DNA of 56,694 bases, from positions 1 through 56,694 of the IMG/VR virus record IMGVR_UViG_3300021375_000032; one strand, 5' to 3'. A program made the translations under genes and the position numbers. The notes below the pieces were generated by a model that was not told the origin of the DNA, made no database searches, and saw only the letters and a program-made list of their open reading frames with translations. The DNA comes from a virus (taxonomy: Duplodnaviria; Caudoviricetes). Below, piece by piece: positions 39,832-49,667 of this stretch (positions are counted from its first letter, which is position 1; every line of letters begins with the position of its first letter).

Positions 39832-41067
39832 TTAAAATGGTCCTGTTTGTCTTGGATTACGTGCAGTTACTGGTGGGCCAAACTCACCGTATTGAGAAGA
39901 GCCAAATCCTGCTGCTTCTGCACTAGCAGCAGACGACATAGTCGACGGGCCTTGTGATGGTGTTACAGTTTGTCCGCTATTATTTCTACTTGGTCCGTTG
40001 TTAGGAGTATACACTTTTTTTCCTGTATTAAAATCATATCTATCAAATCCTGGAGTGATAGGCTCGTATATATATACGTTTGGAGGGCGTGGCTTTGCTG
40101 TAGCTGAACTTGTAGGAGTCGACGGAGGCTGTGTAACTGTAGTAGGCGCTGTTGCTGTAGCAGCAGCATCTGCTCTACGTTGCGCTAATTCAGCTGCCCC
40201 GTTGCCTCTGCCTCCTCTGGCACTAGGAATTACTGATGCAGGTGCAGCGGCTGCTGCTCTAGCTTGTCTTAATATAGCATCATCATAAGGCACTGACGCA
40301 GGCGGAGTTGCGCCTGAACCTGATCCCATATTTTGTGGTAAACACGGTCTTGGACCGTCTGATTCAATTTTTCCAGTAGCTCCTGATACTACTGCCGGTC
40401 CTGCACCTCCAAATGCATCTAAGCTGACATCAGCTTCTGTAACTGCCGGTCCTGCACCTCCAAATGCATCTAATCCAACTTCTGCAGGTATGGTTTGGCT
40501 TTCTGTAACAACGCCTGCGGCGCCTGGTTTTGCAGTAGTGGTTGTTTCAACTGTTGTGCCTGTAGTTGCTCCGGTAGTAGACCCAGTCTGTGATTCTGGA
40601 CGATTGTCATCGATTGCCGGATCTCTAATATAGATAGGATAACCCTGAAATGTATCAACTTTTATTCTGCCAGAGCCTAAGAAGTTTAAATTTGATTCGG
40701 TTTTGAAATCTTCCATAGTTGCAGAACCTTCTTCTACTAGAATAGAAAAATATTCTACACTATGTCGAAAATATAATTGTACAAATCCAGCGTCGTAATC
40801 TGCATTTTCTAAAATCCAGTAGTGTTTGTTTTTTTGATAACTCGGCAGTCCAGCATCTTCATTATCGATAACTAATACTACTGTTGCACTACTACCAGGT
40901 TTTCCACTAACAATATCTGGACCATATTTTTCCATATCTGCAAAGTTTTGAAAAGTCCACATATCTTCAGAATTTTTCCAAGGACCTTCAGTACTTACAG
41001 GAACTGCATTTGTTTGATCTAACTTATTACTGCTTTCTTCTGGTAAGCCGACATCTTCTTCTGACAT
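39832..41067 (-). CDS. Hypothetical protein with long low-complexity A/T/P/G-rich C-terminal half
   Basis: 411-aa ORF in the tail operon with an AGGA RBS. Confidence 0.7.
   Translation of the reverse strand: MSEEDVGLPEESSNKLDQTNAVPVSTEGPWKNSEDMWTFQNFADMEKYGPDIVSGKPGSSATVVLVIDNEDAGLPSYQKNKHYWILENADYDAGFVQLYFRHSVEYFSILVEEGSATMEDFKTESNLNFLGSGRIKVDTFQGYPIYIRDPAIDDNRPESQTGSTTGATTGTTVETTTTAKPGAAGVVTESQTIPAEVGLDAFGGAGPAVTEADVSLDAFGGAGPAVVSGATGKIESDGPRPCLPQNMGSGSGATPPASVPYDDAILRQARAAAAAPASVIPSARGGRGNGAAELAQRRADAAATATAPTTVTQPPSTPTSSATAKPRPPNVYIYEPITPGFDRYDFNTGKKVYTPNNGPSRNNSGQTVTPSQGPSTMSSAASAEAAGFGSSQYGEFGPPVTARNPRQTGPF
40391..40473. repeat. 32-bp perfect direct repeat, 51-bp period (LDAFGGAGPAV x2)
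   Basis: actgccggtcctgcacctccaaatgcatctaa at 40391-40422 and 40442-40473. Confidence 0.9.
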
Positions 41068-41071
41068 AGTA

Positions 41072-44056
41072 TTATCCTAACAAACTTCTAACACGATTTT
41101 TGGCTGCATCTGTTACTGAATTTATTTTATTATTTACTGCACCTGTAGCAGCATCTCTTGCCTTATTAACTATCTCAAGATCAGCAGCAAGTGCATCAAG
41201 TGCATTTGTTTCGTCGCCAGGTCTTATATTAGGTAATGCTCCTCTTATTCTTGCACTTGATACGCTGCCTATTGCAACAAGTGCTTTGTCTGAAATTCCA
41301 GTAATCTCATTAAGAGTACCTGTTATACCCTGTTCAAGTCCTGCACCGATATTTCCTAATACATTTGTTGCACTAGAAAGTGCAGTTTCCAGTGCTTGCT
41401 GTGTTGCAGCATTATCCATGCTCATTTTATTATCAATTGCTGGCATTAAATTTCTTATATCGTCTTGCGAAGGGGCAGGTTCGCAATCGGTCCCAGGTGT
41501 TGCTGATGCTCCAACTGTTCCGTCTGATTGTACGCCATCTTTATTCAATGCTGCTGAATTATCAACTTGTACTACACCGCTTGGACCTGTAGTTGCTTCG
41601 TCATCTTGACCTCTGCGTCTAATCATTTTAAGAGTCTGTGTAAACTTGCCTTGATTAAAGTTATTAACTACTGCCCATATTTGGTATATTCCACTAAAAC
41701 CTGGAACAAGCTGAGGGAATTCCATAGTAGCTCCTTTTGTTTGGTAATCAAATGGAGTTCTAAAATTTACTACACAAAATACTGATTGATCCAACGCATT
41801 TAAAGTACCGTCTTGCATTATACTCGGGCTCGATCCTTTGTCTGCAACATGATTGCCTGTTTGTTGTGGAATAAAATACGGGTCTCCCATTATTTCCATT
41901 TCCGCAGTAACCATATCTACAGTCATATTTGTAATTTTATCATTAAAAACTTCTGCAATTTTACGTCGGATATCATTGCTGCCGGTGGCTGACGGAAGTG
42001 CTACTTGTGTAATCTGTTGTGTTCCGCCCATTGCTTCATTTGCAGAGTTTAAATCTCCTGTTTGCATAGTTGTTGTGCCACTGTCTGTTCCATTCCCTGA
42101 AGAAGTAGTTTTTGCTCCGTCTGGATCACGCAAGGGCGCAGTATTCATGCCTAAATCTGCATATGCTGCCATCATAAATGCATTATTAAAATTAATATTA
42201 AAATTTAATACATCTTCATTTTTGCCAGTGTAGATATAATTATATTCTTTCACTGCCATCTTTCTTAGGCCAGCGTTATTTGTCGCACGTTTGTTGTTAT
42301 TAATTGTAACTGCTTCGTCTACTTCGTATTCGATAACACTATATACATAAACTTTTGGACGGCGGCCCATTGTTGCTTCAGTCAACGGGCTTTCATCAAA
42401 ATAAACATGAGTGTCAATTCTAAACCATTTGTTTAATCCGTTTGTAGTTTCTTGAGTTGCACGTTCAGCAGCATATTCAGATTGCATTATAGTTTTTTCG
42501 ATAATATCTGTTATTCGCTCGTTTTGATTAAATTGTAGTTCTCTAGTCTTATCAATAGGCTGTGTTGCTTGATTACCAGGATCAACAAGTCCAGATTCTG
42601 GATCAGTTGCTGCTGCCGGCTCTGCTTCTCCTGATGACCCGGGTGCATTAGTGTCTTGATTTATTGGACTTATTCCAATTGCATTCATTTGATTGGTGTC
42701 TTCGGCAAAACTTTTTAATATAGCATACGTTTGGCTGGGTTTAGTAACTGTTATAGTTGTAGGACTAAACGAACCGCGCAATCCATCATCTGGTCCTGTA
42801 TAACCTCTACGTTCTGCTTCTTGTTCTTCTGGTGATGTAGTGAATGCCGATTCGTCAACATTACCAGCAGTTAATGCCGCGTGTAAGAGTTGTCTATTTT
42901 TTGGAAAACAAATTACATATCTATCATACGGTGCAAGTGCGCCTGCTTCTTCTAGATCTTCGATTGCTCTATTTATCGACCCTGTTAACGATTGATCGTT
43001 TGTTTCCAACACTTCATGACATAATGTGCCAGCAGCTCGAACAGAACTATTAATTTTATTAATATTATCAGAAAGCCCTGTTTCGCTCATTGGTACTGCT
43101 TTTACTTCATATTTACTGCCTTGACCTGAAACATTAAAATCCATATTGATTATTTGTATAGGCACGAACATCGGTTGTCCTATAAAGTTTGCATCAGTAG
43201 AACCGTCTTGATTCCATCCAACAAAATCAATTTTCAAACAAAACGGTGCTTGAGTATAGCCACTATATCCAGCGGCGCTTGCAGATCCAATAACTGCTTG
43301 AATAAAATTTCCCATACTATAAGGTTCAATAACAGTAAATGTTAAACTAGTGCCCAATGTTAATCTAGTATTTGGATTTGGAGCAACAATACTATCTAAA
43401 TTAATATCGTCAATATAATATTCTGCGTGATCACTTGATCCGCCGCCTGTTTCGTCAAACACTTGATAACGCTTGTTTAAATTTCCGCCACTGCTTTGTA
43501 TTACATAATTTTTAAAGCCGCCTGCACTTCTATACAGCTCCGGATTGTTATATTCTGTAGGATCAAGAACTCCTAGTGTTATAAAATAATTAAATCCATT
43601 GTGATTTCTTAGAGGATTAGGTATTTTGCTTGCAGAACTATCATCTCCTTTATAAGAAGGTCTAAACCCACTATCTAAAAAGGTATCAACAGCAACACTG
43701 CGTTCAGATAATTCTCTAAATTGTTCTAATTGTAATCCGTATTCGCCGCCTACTATACCTGCTAAGTCTGCTACACCACGTTCTACAATTTTTAGAGCAT
43801 TATTTTGTAATCCCGTTAGTTCTTCTGCATTAGCAATTAAGCCGCCTAACTTAGTTTGTATGCCGCCAAGTAATTGATTTCCTAGAGCACCTTGTGCTGC
43901 ACCTAATAATGCACCTTTGATGTCACCGCCCGATAATGCTGAATTAATTAATTGACTATTGACACCTGATACAGCAGAACTAATGCGCTGACTAACAGTG
44001 TTTACAACTGACGATTTTAAATTACTTTTTAAAGATGCACCTAAATTAAATGCCAT
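41072..44056 (-). CDS. Putative baseplate hub / tail protein (gp27/GpD-like)
   Basis: C-terminal MEIMGDPY...FSGIYQI..V.N.F.QGKFTQTL...R is typical of hub proteins; adjacent to gp5- and gp53-like genes. Confidence 0.6.
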   Translation of the reverse strand: MAFNLGASLKSNLKSSVVNTVSQRISSAVSGVNSQLINSALSGGDIKGALLGAAQGALGNQLLGGIQTKLGGLIANAEELTGLQNNALKIVERGVADLAGIVGGEYGLQLEQFRELSERSVAVDTFLDSGFRPSYKGDDSSASKIPNPLRNHNGFNYFITLGVLDPTEYNNPELYRSAGGFKNYVIQSSGGNLNKRYQVFDETGGGSSDHAEYYIDDINLDSIVAPNPNTRLTLGTSLTFTVIEPYSMGNFIQAVIGSASAAGYSGYTQAPFCLKIDFVGWNQDGSTDANFIGQPMFVPIQIINMDFNVSGQGSKYEVKAVPMSETGLSDNINKINSSVRAAGTLCHEVLETNDQSLTGSINRAIEDLEEAGALAPYDRYVICFPKNRQLLHAALTAGNVDESAFTTSPEEQEAERRGYTGPDDGLRGSFSPTTITVTKPSQTYAILKSFAEDTNQMNAIGISPINQDTNAPGSSGEAEPAAATDPESGLVDPGNQATQPIDKTRELQFNQNERITDIIEKTIMQSEYAAERATQETTNGLNKWFRIDTHVYFDESPLTEATMGRRPKVYVYSVIEYEVDEAVTINNNKRATNNAGLRKMAVKEYNYIYTGKNEDVLNFNINFNNAFMMAAYADLGMNTAPLRDPDGAKTTSSGNGTDSGTTTMQTGDLNSANEAMGGTQQITQVALPSATGSNDIRRKIAEVFNDKITNMTVDMVTAEMEIMGDPYFIPQQTGNHVADKGSSPSIMQDGTLNALDQSVFCVVNFRTPFDYQTKGATMEFPQLVPGFSGIYQIWAVVNNFNQGKFTQTLKMIRRRGQDDEATTGPSGVVQVDNSAALNKDGVQSDGTVGASATPGTDCEPAPSQDDIRNLMPAIDNKMSMDNAATQQALETALSSATNVLGNIGAGLEQGITGTLNEITGISDKALVAIGSVSSARIRGALPNIRPGDETNALDALAADLEIVNKARDAATGAVNNKINSVTDAAKNRVRSLLG

Positions 44057-44057
44057 A

Positions 44058-44357
44058 TTAGAATCCTAATGTATTGCGTAATGCTGCTGGATCTGGTAGA
44101 TATATTTCTGTACCTGCTACAAAATCAAAAATAGGATCTTTTAATGTATCTAAATTTCTTTGTGCAAATACCCACCATAATTCTTTTTTACCGTAAGTAA
44201 TGTGTGCTAACAAATCTGGACGATATGTAAATTCAGTTGTAATTACAAAAGATATATCATTCTGATTTACAGGAACAGGTCTAGGAGATAATATATCTAG
44301 ATAGCCGTTTCTATTAATTGGCGTTCTTGCATACGGGCTTAAACTATTTTTTTCCAT
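44058..44357 (-). CDS. Baseplate wedge protein, gp53-like LysM-type
   Basis: RPDLLA...YG...LWWVFA..N....DPI.DF.AG..I.LP motif. Confidence 0.75.
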   Translation of the reverse strand: MEKNSLSPYARTPINRNGYLDILSPRPVPVNQNDISFVITTEFTYRPDLLAHITYGKKELWWVFAQRNLDTLKDPIFDFVAGTEIYLPDPAALRNTLGF

Positions 44358-45211
44358 TATACAAATCCTTCATCGCCATTAACATGCCCGCCGCTTGCAA
44401 ATTGATTTAAACTAAATCCTGACTGTGAACGTCTTGCATACTGTGGCTGTAATGTAACTGTAATAGAGCTTTGTGTAGGAACATAGTTTGGCAATCCATT
44501 TACTGTACACTGTATATAATCTACATCAACTGGTAAATCTGTTGTAAAGTTTGTAATTACAACAGGAATATTGTTTAAAACGTGTTTACCATAACCGTTT
44601 AGTCTACAAACTACTGGCGGATTGCCTAAAGGATAACTGTTACCATAAAACATTTTAGTTGCACTTCTTAAAAAGTGCAAACATGCAATCCAATACTTTG
44701 CATCGTTTTCGTTTTCTTGATAAAATTCGCCTGTGATTGTAATTGCATCAACTTGACTATTTTCATATGCATTGTAAGGATAATTTGTATGTGTAGGTTG
44801 TATTTGGCTGTAGTTTGCACTATGACTTAATAGTACTGTAGGGTTAAACGGAAATATCATTCTGTTTCCTGTATTAAATGCACTTGACCCGCTAGCTTCC
44901 CTCAATGGTGCTAGTATGTCACCGTTGTCTAGAATAACGTCAGGAACACTAATACTAACACGCCAGTCACTTGCATCCGAAACTGAATTGTTAGACGAAA
45001 TTATAGCACGTGATATTGTTCTATTGTTTGGTCCGCCGCTGTTGAAGCCGCCAGTTTGGTTGATAAATGTTGCAGCAAGTTTTCCAAGTGGGCCGAGACT
45101 GCCTAACTTTTGATTAATGGTATCACCAATTGCGCCTTTAACAGCACTTTTTGCATCGCTGACAATACTACTAACAAAGTTGCTTGCATCGAAATTAATT
45201 TTAAACGGCAT
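44357..45211 (-). CDS. Putative baseplate tail-tube initiator/cap (gp48/gp54-like)
   Basis: FPFNP, ITITGEF and PPVVCRLNGYG......PVVITNF...LP..VDY resemble tube-initiator proteins; first gene of the tail operon. Confidence 0.55.
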   Translation of the reverse strand: MPFKINFDASNFVSSIVSDAKSAVKGAIGDTINQKLGSLGPLGKLAATFINQTGGFNSGGPNNRTISRAIISSNNSVSDASDWRVSISVPDVILDNGDILAPLREASGSSAFNTGNRMIFPFNPTVLLSHSANYSQIQPTHTNYPYNAYENSQVDAITITGEFYQENENDAKYWIACLHFLRSATKMFYGNSYPLGNPPVVCRLNGYGKHVLNNIPVVITNFTTDLPVDVDYIQCTVNGLPNYVPTQSSITVTLQPQYARRSQSGFSLNQFASGGHVNGDEGFV

Positions 45212-45234
45212 AATTATCGTATCTCCTACACTAC

Positions 45235-45240
45235 TATTTA
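45235..45240 (-). promoter_or_regulatory. Late promoter-like TAAATA for the tail operon
   Basis: ~24 nt upstream of the 45211 start, followed by an AGGAG RBS. Confidence 0.6.
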
Positions 45241-45241
45241 G

Positions 45242-45270
45242 TTGACAAAATTAACAGAGTATATTATAAT
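45242..45270 (+). promoter_or_regulatory. Perfect sigma70 consensus promoter TTGACA-17 bp-TATAAT
   Basis: ttgaca at 45242-45247 and tataat at 45265-45270. Confidence 0.9.
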
Positions 45271-45289
45271 ATATATAACATAACCGGAG

Positions 45290-46144
45290 ATGTCAATGAG
45301 ACCTAAAAATTATCTGAATAATAAAGATATACTTAAAGAAATACACAAATCAAAAAATCAATTCAACAGCTATCTTGCACCAGAATATGCAGATTACGAT
45401 ATTATTCTGCCAAGTGTTGACAAAATTAACCGTTTGACTGTTGCAGAAGCAAAGCGTAACAAAGCAAAAAAGCTATCATCTGCTGAATACGAACGTCGTA
45501 AAGGACTCGGGGAGAAGGTTAAGCAAGCAGAGTGCGAAACACTTGCATCTGAAATTACAAAAGAAGAACTAATCTTCCGTGTAATGACGTTTGATCATAT
45601 TCCAGAAGAGCCAGGTCGTAAAAAGAACCCAAAGACTGTTGCCGATACACGAGTTAAACTTCCGTTTCCTCCCTTTCAACATTACAAATATAACGACGAA
45701 GGCGAAATTGTACTAGTAGGCAAAAGTCACTGGGTAGGCGGCATGGACAACGGACATTTTAGTCATCAACATGGTAAAGCAACAGACAAACTTGCTATGA
45801 TGTGGTTAAAACTTGTTGATCGTTATGCTACTCGCGGCAATGTTCGTGGTTACACTTACAATGACGAAATGAAAGGTCAAGCTATCTTGCAACTTTCACA
45901 AATTGGACTACAATTTGATGAATCTAAGTCAGATAATCCGTTTGCTTACTACACAGCAGCAGTTACTAATAGTTTTGTTCGTGTTATCAACATAGAAAAA
46001 CGCAATCAAAATATTAGAGATGACATTCTTGAAATGAACGACTTGAATCCAAGTTACACGCGGCAAAATGCAGGCGAATGGGAAGCAAGTGTGAAGCGAA
46101 ACGAAGAAGCACCATTAACAGAATACACAAATGCCAAAAAATAG
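45290..46144 (+). CDS. gp55: Late-transcription sigma factor (T4 gp55-like)
   Basis: NYLNNK.IL.EI, N.RGYTY.DEM...A.LQ......FDE.KS.NPFAYYT....NSF.R....EK; sits next to gp47/gp46 as in T4-like phages. The start may be the second Met (45296). Confidence 0.85.
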   Translation: MSMRPKNYLNNKDILKEIHKSKNQFNSYLAPEYADYDIILPSVDKINRLTVAEAKRNKAKKLSSAEYERRKGLGEKVKQAECETLASEITKEELIFRVMTFDHIPEEPGRKKNPKTVADTRVKLPFPPFQHYKYNDEGEIVLVGKSHWVGGMDNGHFSHQHGKATDKLAMMWLKLVDRYATRGNVRGYTYNDEMKGQAILQLSQIGLQFDESKSDNPFAYYTAAVTNSFVRVINIEKRNQNIRDDILEMNDLNPSYTRQNAGEWEASVKRNEEAPLTEYTNAKK

Positions 46145-46145
46145 G

Positions 46146-46174
46146 TTGACAACTGTTAATATTTACTATATACT
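46146..46174 (+). promoter_or_regulatory. sigma70-type promoter TTGACA-17 bp-TATACT
   Basis: ttgaca at 46146-46151 and tatact at 46169-46174; GGAGG RBS before the TTG start at 46202. Confidence 0.85.
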
Positions 46175-46201
46175 TTAACAAGTATATATGGAGGATACTC
46201 T

Positions 46202-47218
46202 TTGTTTAAAAAAGCTGCGGTGTTTACGGACATCCATTTTGGTTTGAAGGGCAATAGTCGTGTTCATAACGAAGATTGCGAAGAATTTATTGATTGGTAT
46301 ATAGAACAAGCACAAGCTGCCGGTTGCGAGACTGGCATCTTTTGCGGAGACTGGCATCACAATCGTAATTCACTTAATCTTACCACTATGGATGCAACAA
46401 TCAGAAGCATGGAGAAGCTAGGTGCTGCATTTGAGAAGTTTTACTTCTTTGATGGTAATCACGACTTGTATTATAAAGACAAACGTGACGTTAACAGTAC
46501 TGCTTTTGCTAAACACATTCCAGGAATTACATTTGTAGACGAAATTCTTATTGAAGATGACGTTGCACTTGTTCCTTGGCTGGTTGGAGACGAGTGGAAG
46601 AAGATGAGTGACATAAAAACAAAGTATTTGTTTGGTCACTTTGAACTTCCTAGCTTCTATATGAACGCTCTAGTGCGTATGCCAGATCACGGTGACTTAA
46701 AACCTGAGCATTTTAAGCATCAAGACTATGTTTTTAGCGGACACTTCCACAAAAGACAAAAACAAGGTGCTATTCACTATATCGGCAATGCATTTCCGCA
46801 CAATTATGCTGATGTAGGCGATGACGACCGTGGTATGATGATACTTGACAAGGAAAATAACCTAGAACCAGAGTTTATTAACTGGCCTGATTGTCCTAAG
46901 TACCGTACTGTTACCCTTAGTCACTTGATTGACAATGCAGATACCTTTATTAAGAGTAAAATGTACCTGCGTGTAACACTTGACTTGCCTATTAGCTACG
47001 AAGAAGCAAGTTTTATCAAAGAAACATTCATTAACAACTACGGATGTCGCGAAATTACACTGATTCCGCAAAAACAACTAGAAGAAATGAGTACAGAGCT
47101 TGATATTGCACAGTTTGAAAGTGTAGATCAAATAGTAAGCAACGAAATTGCAGAACTAGACACTAACAACTATGATAAAAGTATGTTGCTACAGATTTAT
47201 AATGGATTAGACCACTAA
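46202..47218 (+). CDS. gp47: Recombination endonuclease subunit, Mre11/SbcD-like (T4 gp47)
   Basis: Metallophosphoesterase motifs DIHFG, GDWHH, GNHD, GHFE and SGHFH. Confidence 0.95.
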   Translation: MFKKAAVFTDIHFGLKGNSRVHNEDCEEFIDWYIEQAQAAGCETGIFCGDWHHNRNSLNLTTMDATIRSMEKLGAAFEKFYFFDGNHDLYYKDKRDVNSTAFAKHIPGITFVDEILIEDDVALVPWLVGDEWKKMSDIKTKYLFGHFELPSFYMNALVRMPDHGDLKPEHFKHQDYVFSGHFHKRQKQGAIHYIGNAFPHNYADVGDDDRGMMILDKENNLEPEFINWPDCPKYRTVTLSHLIDNADTFIKSKMYLRVTLDLPISYEEASFIKETFINNYGCREITLIPQKQLEEMSTELDIAQFESVDQIVSNEIAELDTNNYDKSMLLQIYNGLDH

Positions 47219-48988
47219 ATGATTAAGATCAAAGACTTAACCGTAAAAAACTTCATGAGTGTGGGCAATCAGACTCAAGCAGTAGATTTTGACCACGAAC
47301 AATTAACACTTGTACTAGGTGAGAACTTAGATCAAGGTGGCGATGACAGTGGATCACGTAATGGTACTGGTAAAACTACTATTATTAACGCATTGAGCTA
47401 TGCATTATATGGACAAGCGTTAACTAATATCAAACGTAACAATCTTATTAACAAAACTAACTCAAAAGGCATGTTAGTTACGCTTCAATTTGAAAAAGAC
47501 GGCAATAATTATCGTATTGAACGTGGACGTTCACCAAATATCTTTAAATTCTATATGAATGATCAAGAAAAGTTGGTAGATGAGTCACAAGGCGACAGTA
47601 GACAGACACAAGACGATGTAAACACACTGTTAGGCATGAGTCATGACATGTTTAAGCACATTGTTGCACTGAATACCTACACAGAACCGTTCTTGAGTAT
47701 GAGAGTTAACGATCAAAGACAGATTATTGAACAGTTGTTAGGTATTACTATCCTTTCAGAGAAGGCTGATGCACTAAAAGAACAAACACGTCAGACAAAA
47801 GATGCTATCACTGAAGAAACTCTAAAGATCAACGCTATTCAAACAGCTAATGAGAAGATTGAAGGTAGCATCGACGGACTTAGAAGAACACAACGTGCAT
47901 GGATTGCAAAGAACAAGCAAGATCAAGACAAACTTGCAGGTGCAATTGAAGAATTAGAGAAGTTAGACATTGAAACTGAACTGGATGCACACGAAAAATT
48001 AGCAAACTGGACTGAGCATAACAATGCCATCCTTGCTCTTAGAAAAGAATTAGGCACACTTGAGCCTGCACTGCAACGTGCTGACAAAAGTGTAACCAAA
48101 GCAGAAAAAGATATTGCAGAACTAGAAGATGCTACTTGTTATACTTGTGGTCAAGAACTTCATGCAGACAAAAAAGCAGAGATTGCAGAACGTAAAGGCA
48201 AGGAACTAGAAGATGCTATTGCTTATCAAACAGAAATTACTGGAAAAGTAAAAGATGTTGCACTTGCTCTTGAAGAAATTGGTGACATCAACGGTAAGCC
48301 CACTACATTCTATGACACTGCTAAAGAAGCATACGAACACAGAAGCAATGTAGACAATCTAAAGAAAGCTCTTGAAGATAAAAGTCAAGAAACTGATCCA
48401 TATGCTGCACAAATTGTTGAGCTAGAAGAAACTGCTATTCAAAAAGTAGACTGGAACAGTGTTAACGAACTTACAAGTTACAAAGAACACCAAGAGTTCT
48501 TGCTCAAGTTGCTAACAAACAAAGATAGTTTTATTCGAAAAAAGATTATTGATCAAAACTTAGCGTACTTGAACAATAGACTTACATATTATCTTGACAA
48601 ACTAGGATTGCCACATCAAGTGTTGTTCCAAAACGATTTGAATGTTGAGATTACTCAACTAGGACAGGACTTAGACTTTGACAACTTGTCACGTGGCGAA
48701 CGTAACAGACTTATCTTAGGTCTCAGCTTTGCGTTCCGTGATGTTTGGGAAAGCTTGTATCAAAATATCAACTTGTTGTTCATTGACGAGCTTATCGACA
48801 GTGGCATGGACACTGCTGGTGTTGAAAATAGTTTAAGTGTCCTCAAGAAGATGGCAAGAGAGCGTAGCAAAAACATCTATCTTATCTCGCACAAGGACGA
48901 ACTTATCGGTCGTGTTAATCATGTGTTGAGAGTTGTAAAAGAAAATGGATTTACAAGTTATGCAAATGACTTGGAGGTAGTGGAATGA
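47219..48988 (+). CDS. gp46: Recombination ATPase subunit, Rad50/SbcC-like (T4 gp46)
   Basis: KNFMSVGN, Walker A NGTGKT, coiled coil with CYTC zinc hook, LSRGE signature, Walker B LLFIDE and ISH. Confidence 0.95.
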   Translation: MIKIKDLTVKNFMSVGNQTQAVDFDHEQLTLVLGENLDQGGDDSGSRNGTGKTTIINALSYALYGQALTNIKRNNLINKTNSKGMLVTLQFEKDGNNYRIERGRSPNIFKFYMNDQEKLVDESQGDSRQTQDDVNTLLGMSHDMFKHIVALNTYTEPFLSMRVNDQRQIIEQLLGITILSEKADALKEQTRQTKDAITEETLKINAIQTANEKIEGSIDGLRRTQRAWIAKNKQDQDKLAGAIEELEKLDIETELDAHEKLANWTEHNNAILALRKELGTLEPALQRADKSVTKAEKDIAELEDATCYTCGQELHADKKAEIAERKGKELEDAIAYQTEITGKVKDVALALEEIGDINGKPTTFYDTAKEAYEHRSNVDNLKKALEDKSQETDPYAAQIVELEETAIQKVDWNSVNELTSYKEHQEFLLKLLTNKDSFIRKKIIDQNLAYLNNRLTYYLDKLGLPHQVLFQNDLNVEITQLGQDLDFDNLSRGERNRLILGLSFAFRDVWESLYQNINLLFIDELIDSGMDTAGVENSLSVLKKMARERSKNIYLISHKDELIGRVNHVLRVVKENGFTSYANDLEVVE

Positions 48989-49185
48989 TAGAAGATGACG
49001 TACATGATATGCTTATAAAAGCGTATCTAGATTATTTTAAAGCAAACGAGAAGTTTGAAAAGATGAACAGTGTGCGGACACATCGCACAGTACGAAGATG
49101 CTTGCGCGATATTCGAGCATTAGCAAAAGAACGTGCAGAAGAAATACATGAAAAACACAACACAACAAGGCAAACCAGAAAGTAA
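48985..49185 (+). CDS. Small basic helical hypothetical protein
   Basis: 66 aa; ATGA overlap with the gp46 stop; GGAGG RBS. Confidence 0.7.
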   Translation: MIEDDVHDMLIKAYLDYFKANEKFEKMNSVRTHRTVRRCLRDIRALAKERAEEIHEKHNTTRQTRK

Positions 49186-49217
49186 TTAAAATAAGTCAGG
49201 CACTGGTAAGTATACTC

Positions 49218-49667
49218 ATGCAGTGGACTTACCGAGGACAAACAATTGACACTATACCAGACGAGTATGAAGGATTTGTTTATCTTATTACCAATACCAC
49301 TACAGGCCAAAAATACATAGGCAAGAAACTAGCAAAGTTTAAAACTACTAAGCCACCCCTAAAAGGCAAGAAAAATAAAAGACGCGGCTACAAAGAAAGC
49401 GACTGGAGAGACTATTACGGATCCAGTGATAGATTAAATGCAGACGTAGCGGCACTAGGCGAAGATAAGTTTACAAGAGAAATATTATACCTATGTAAAG
49501 GTAGAGGCGAAATGTCCTACATAGAGGCACGAGAACAGTTTGATCGTAGAGTACTCGAAACAGATGATTACTACAATGGAATCATTAATGTTAGAGTTGG
49601 CGGCTCAGACAAACTCAAACAGGCATTGCTAGAACATCACATCCAGGCAAAACAATCCAACACATAA
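49218..49667 (+). CDS. Short GIY-YIG-family endonuclease
   Basis: GFVYLITN....KYIGKK, YYGSS, catalytic-type E (YIEAREQ) and YYN; no separate C-terminal DNA-binding domain. Confidence 0.8.
   Translation: MQWTYRGQTIDTIPDEYEGFVYLITNTTTGQKYIGKKLAKFKTTKPPLKGKKNKRRGYKESDWRDYYGSSDRLNADVAALGEDKFTREILYLCKGRGEMSYIEAREQFDRRVLETDDYYNGIINVRVGGSDKLKQALLEHHIQAKQSNT

Noticed and set aside
40391-40473. 32-bp repeat as a mini-CRISPR
   Set aside because: Only two copies, a 19-bp spacer, an in-frame 51-bp period within a CDS, and no cas genes.
8693-43345. Numerous plus-strand ORFs of 60-184 aa opposite structural genes (e.g. 12369..12809, 16128..16682, 41100..41609)
   Set aside because: Antisense shadows with low-complexity V/L/P/S translations and no expression signals.
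47219-48988. Cellular sbcCD locus or prophage in a bacterial chromosome
   Set aside because: The short coiled coil and gp55-gp47-gp46 context are T4-like; no host genes or integrase are in the window.
49218-49667. GIY-YIG gene as an intron-encoded or mobile homing endonuclease
   Set aside because: It does not interrupt a gene and has no NUMOD/HTH/zinc-finger DNA-binding extension; mobility is not supported by this window.
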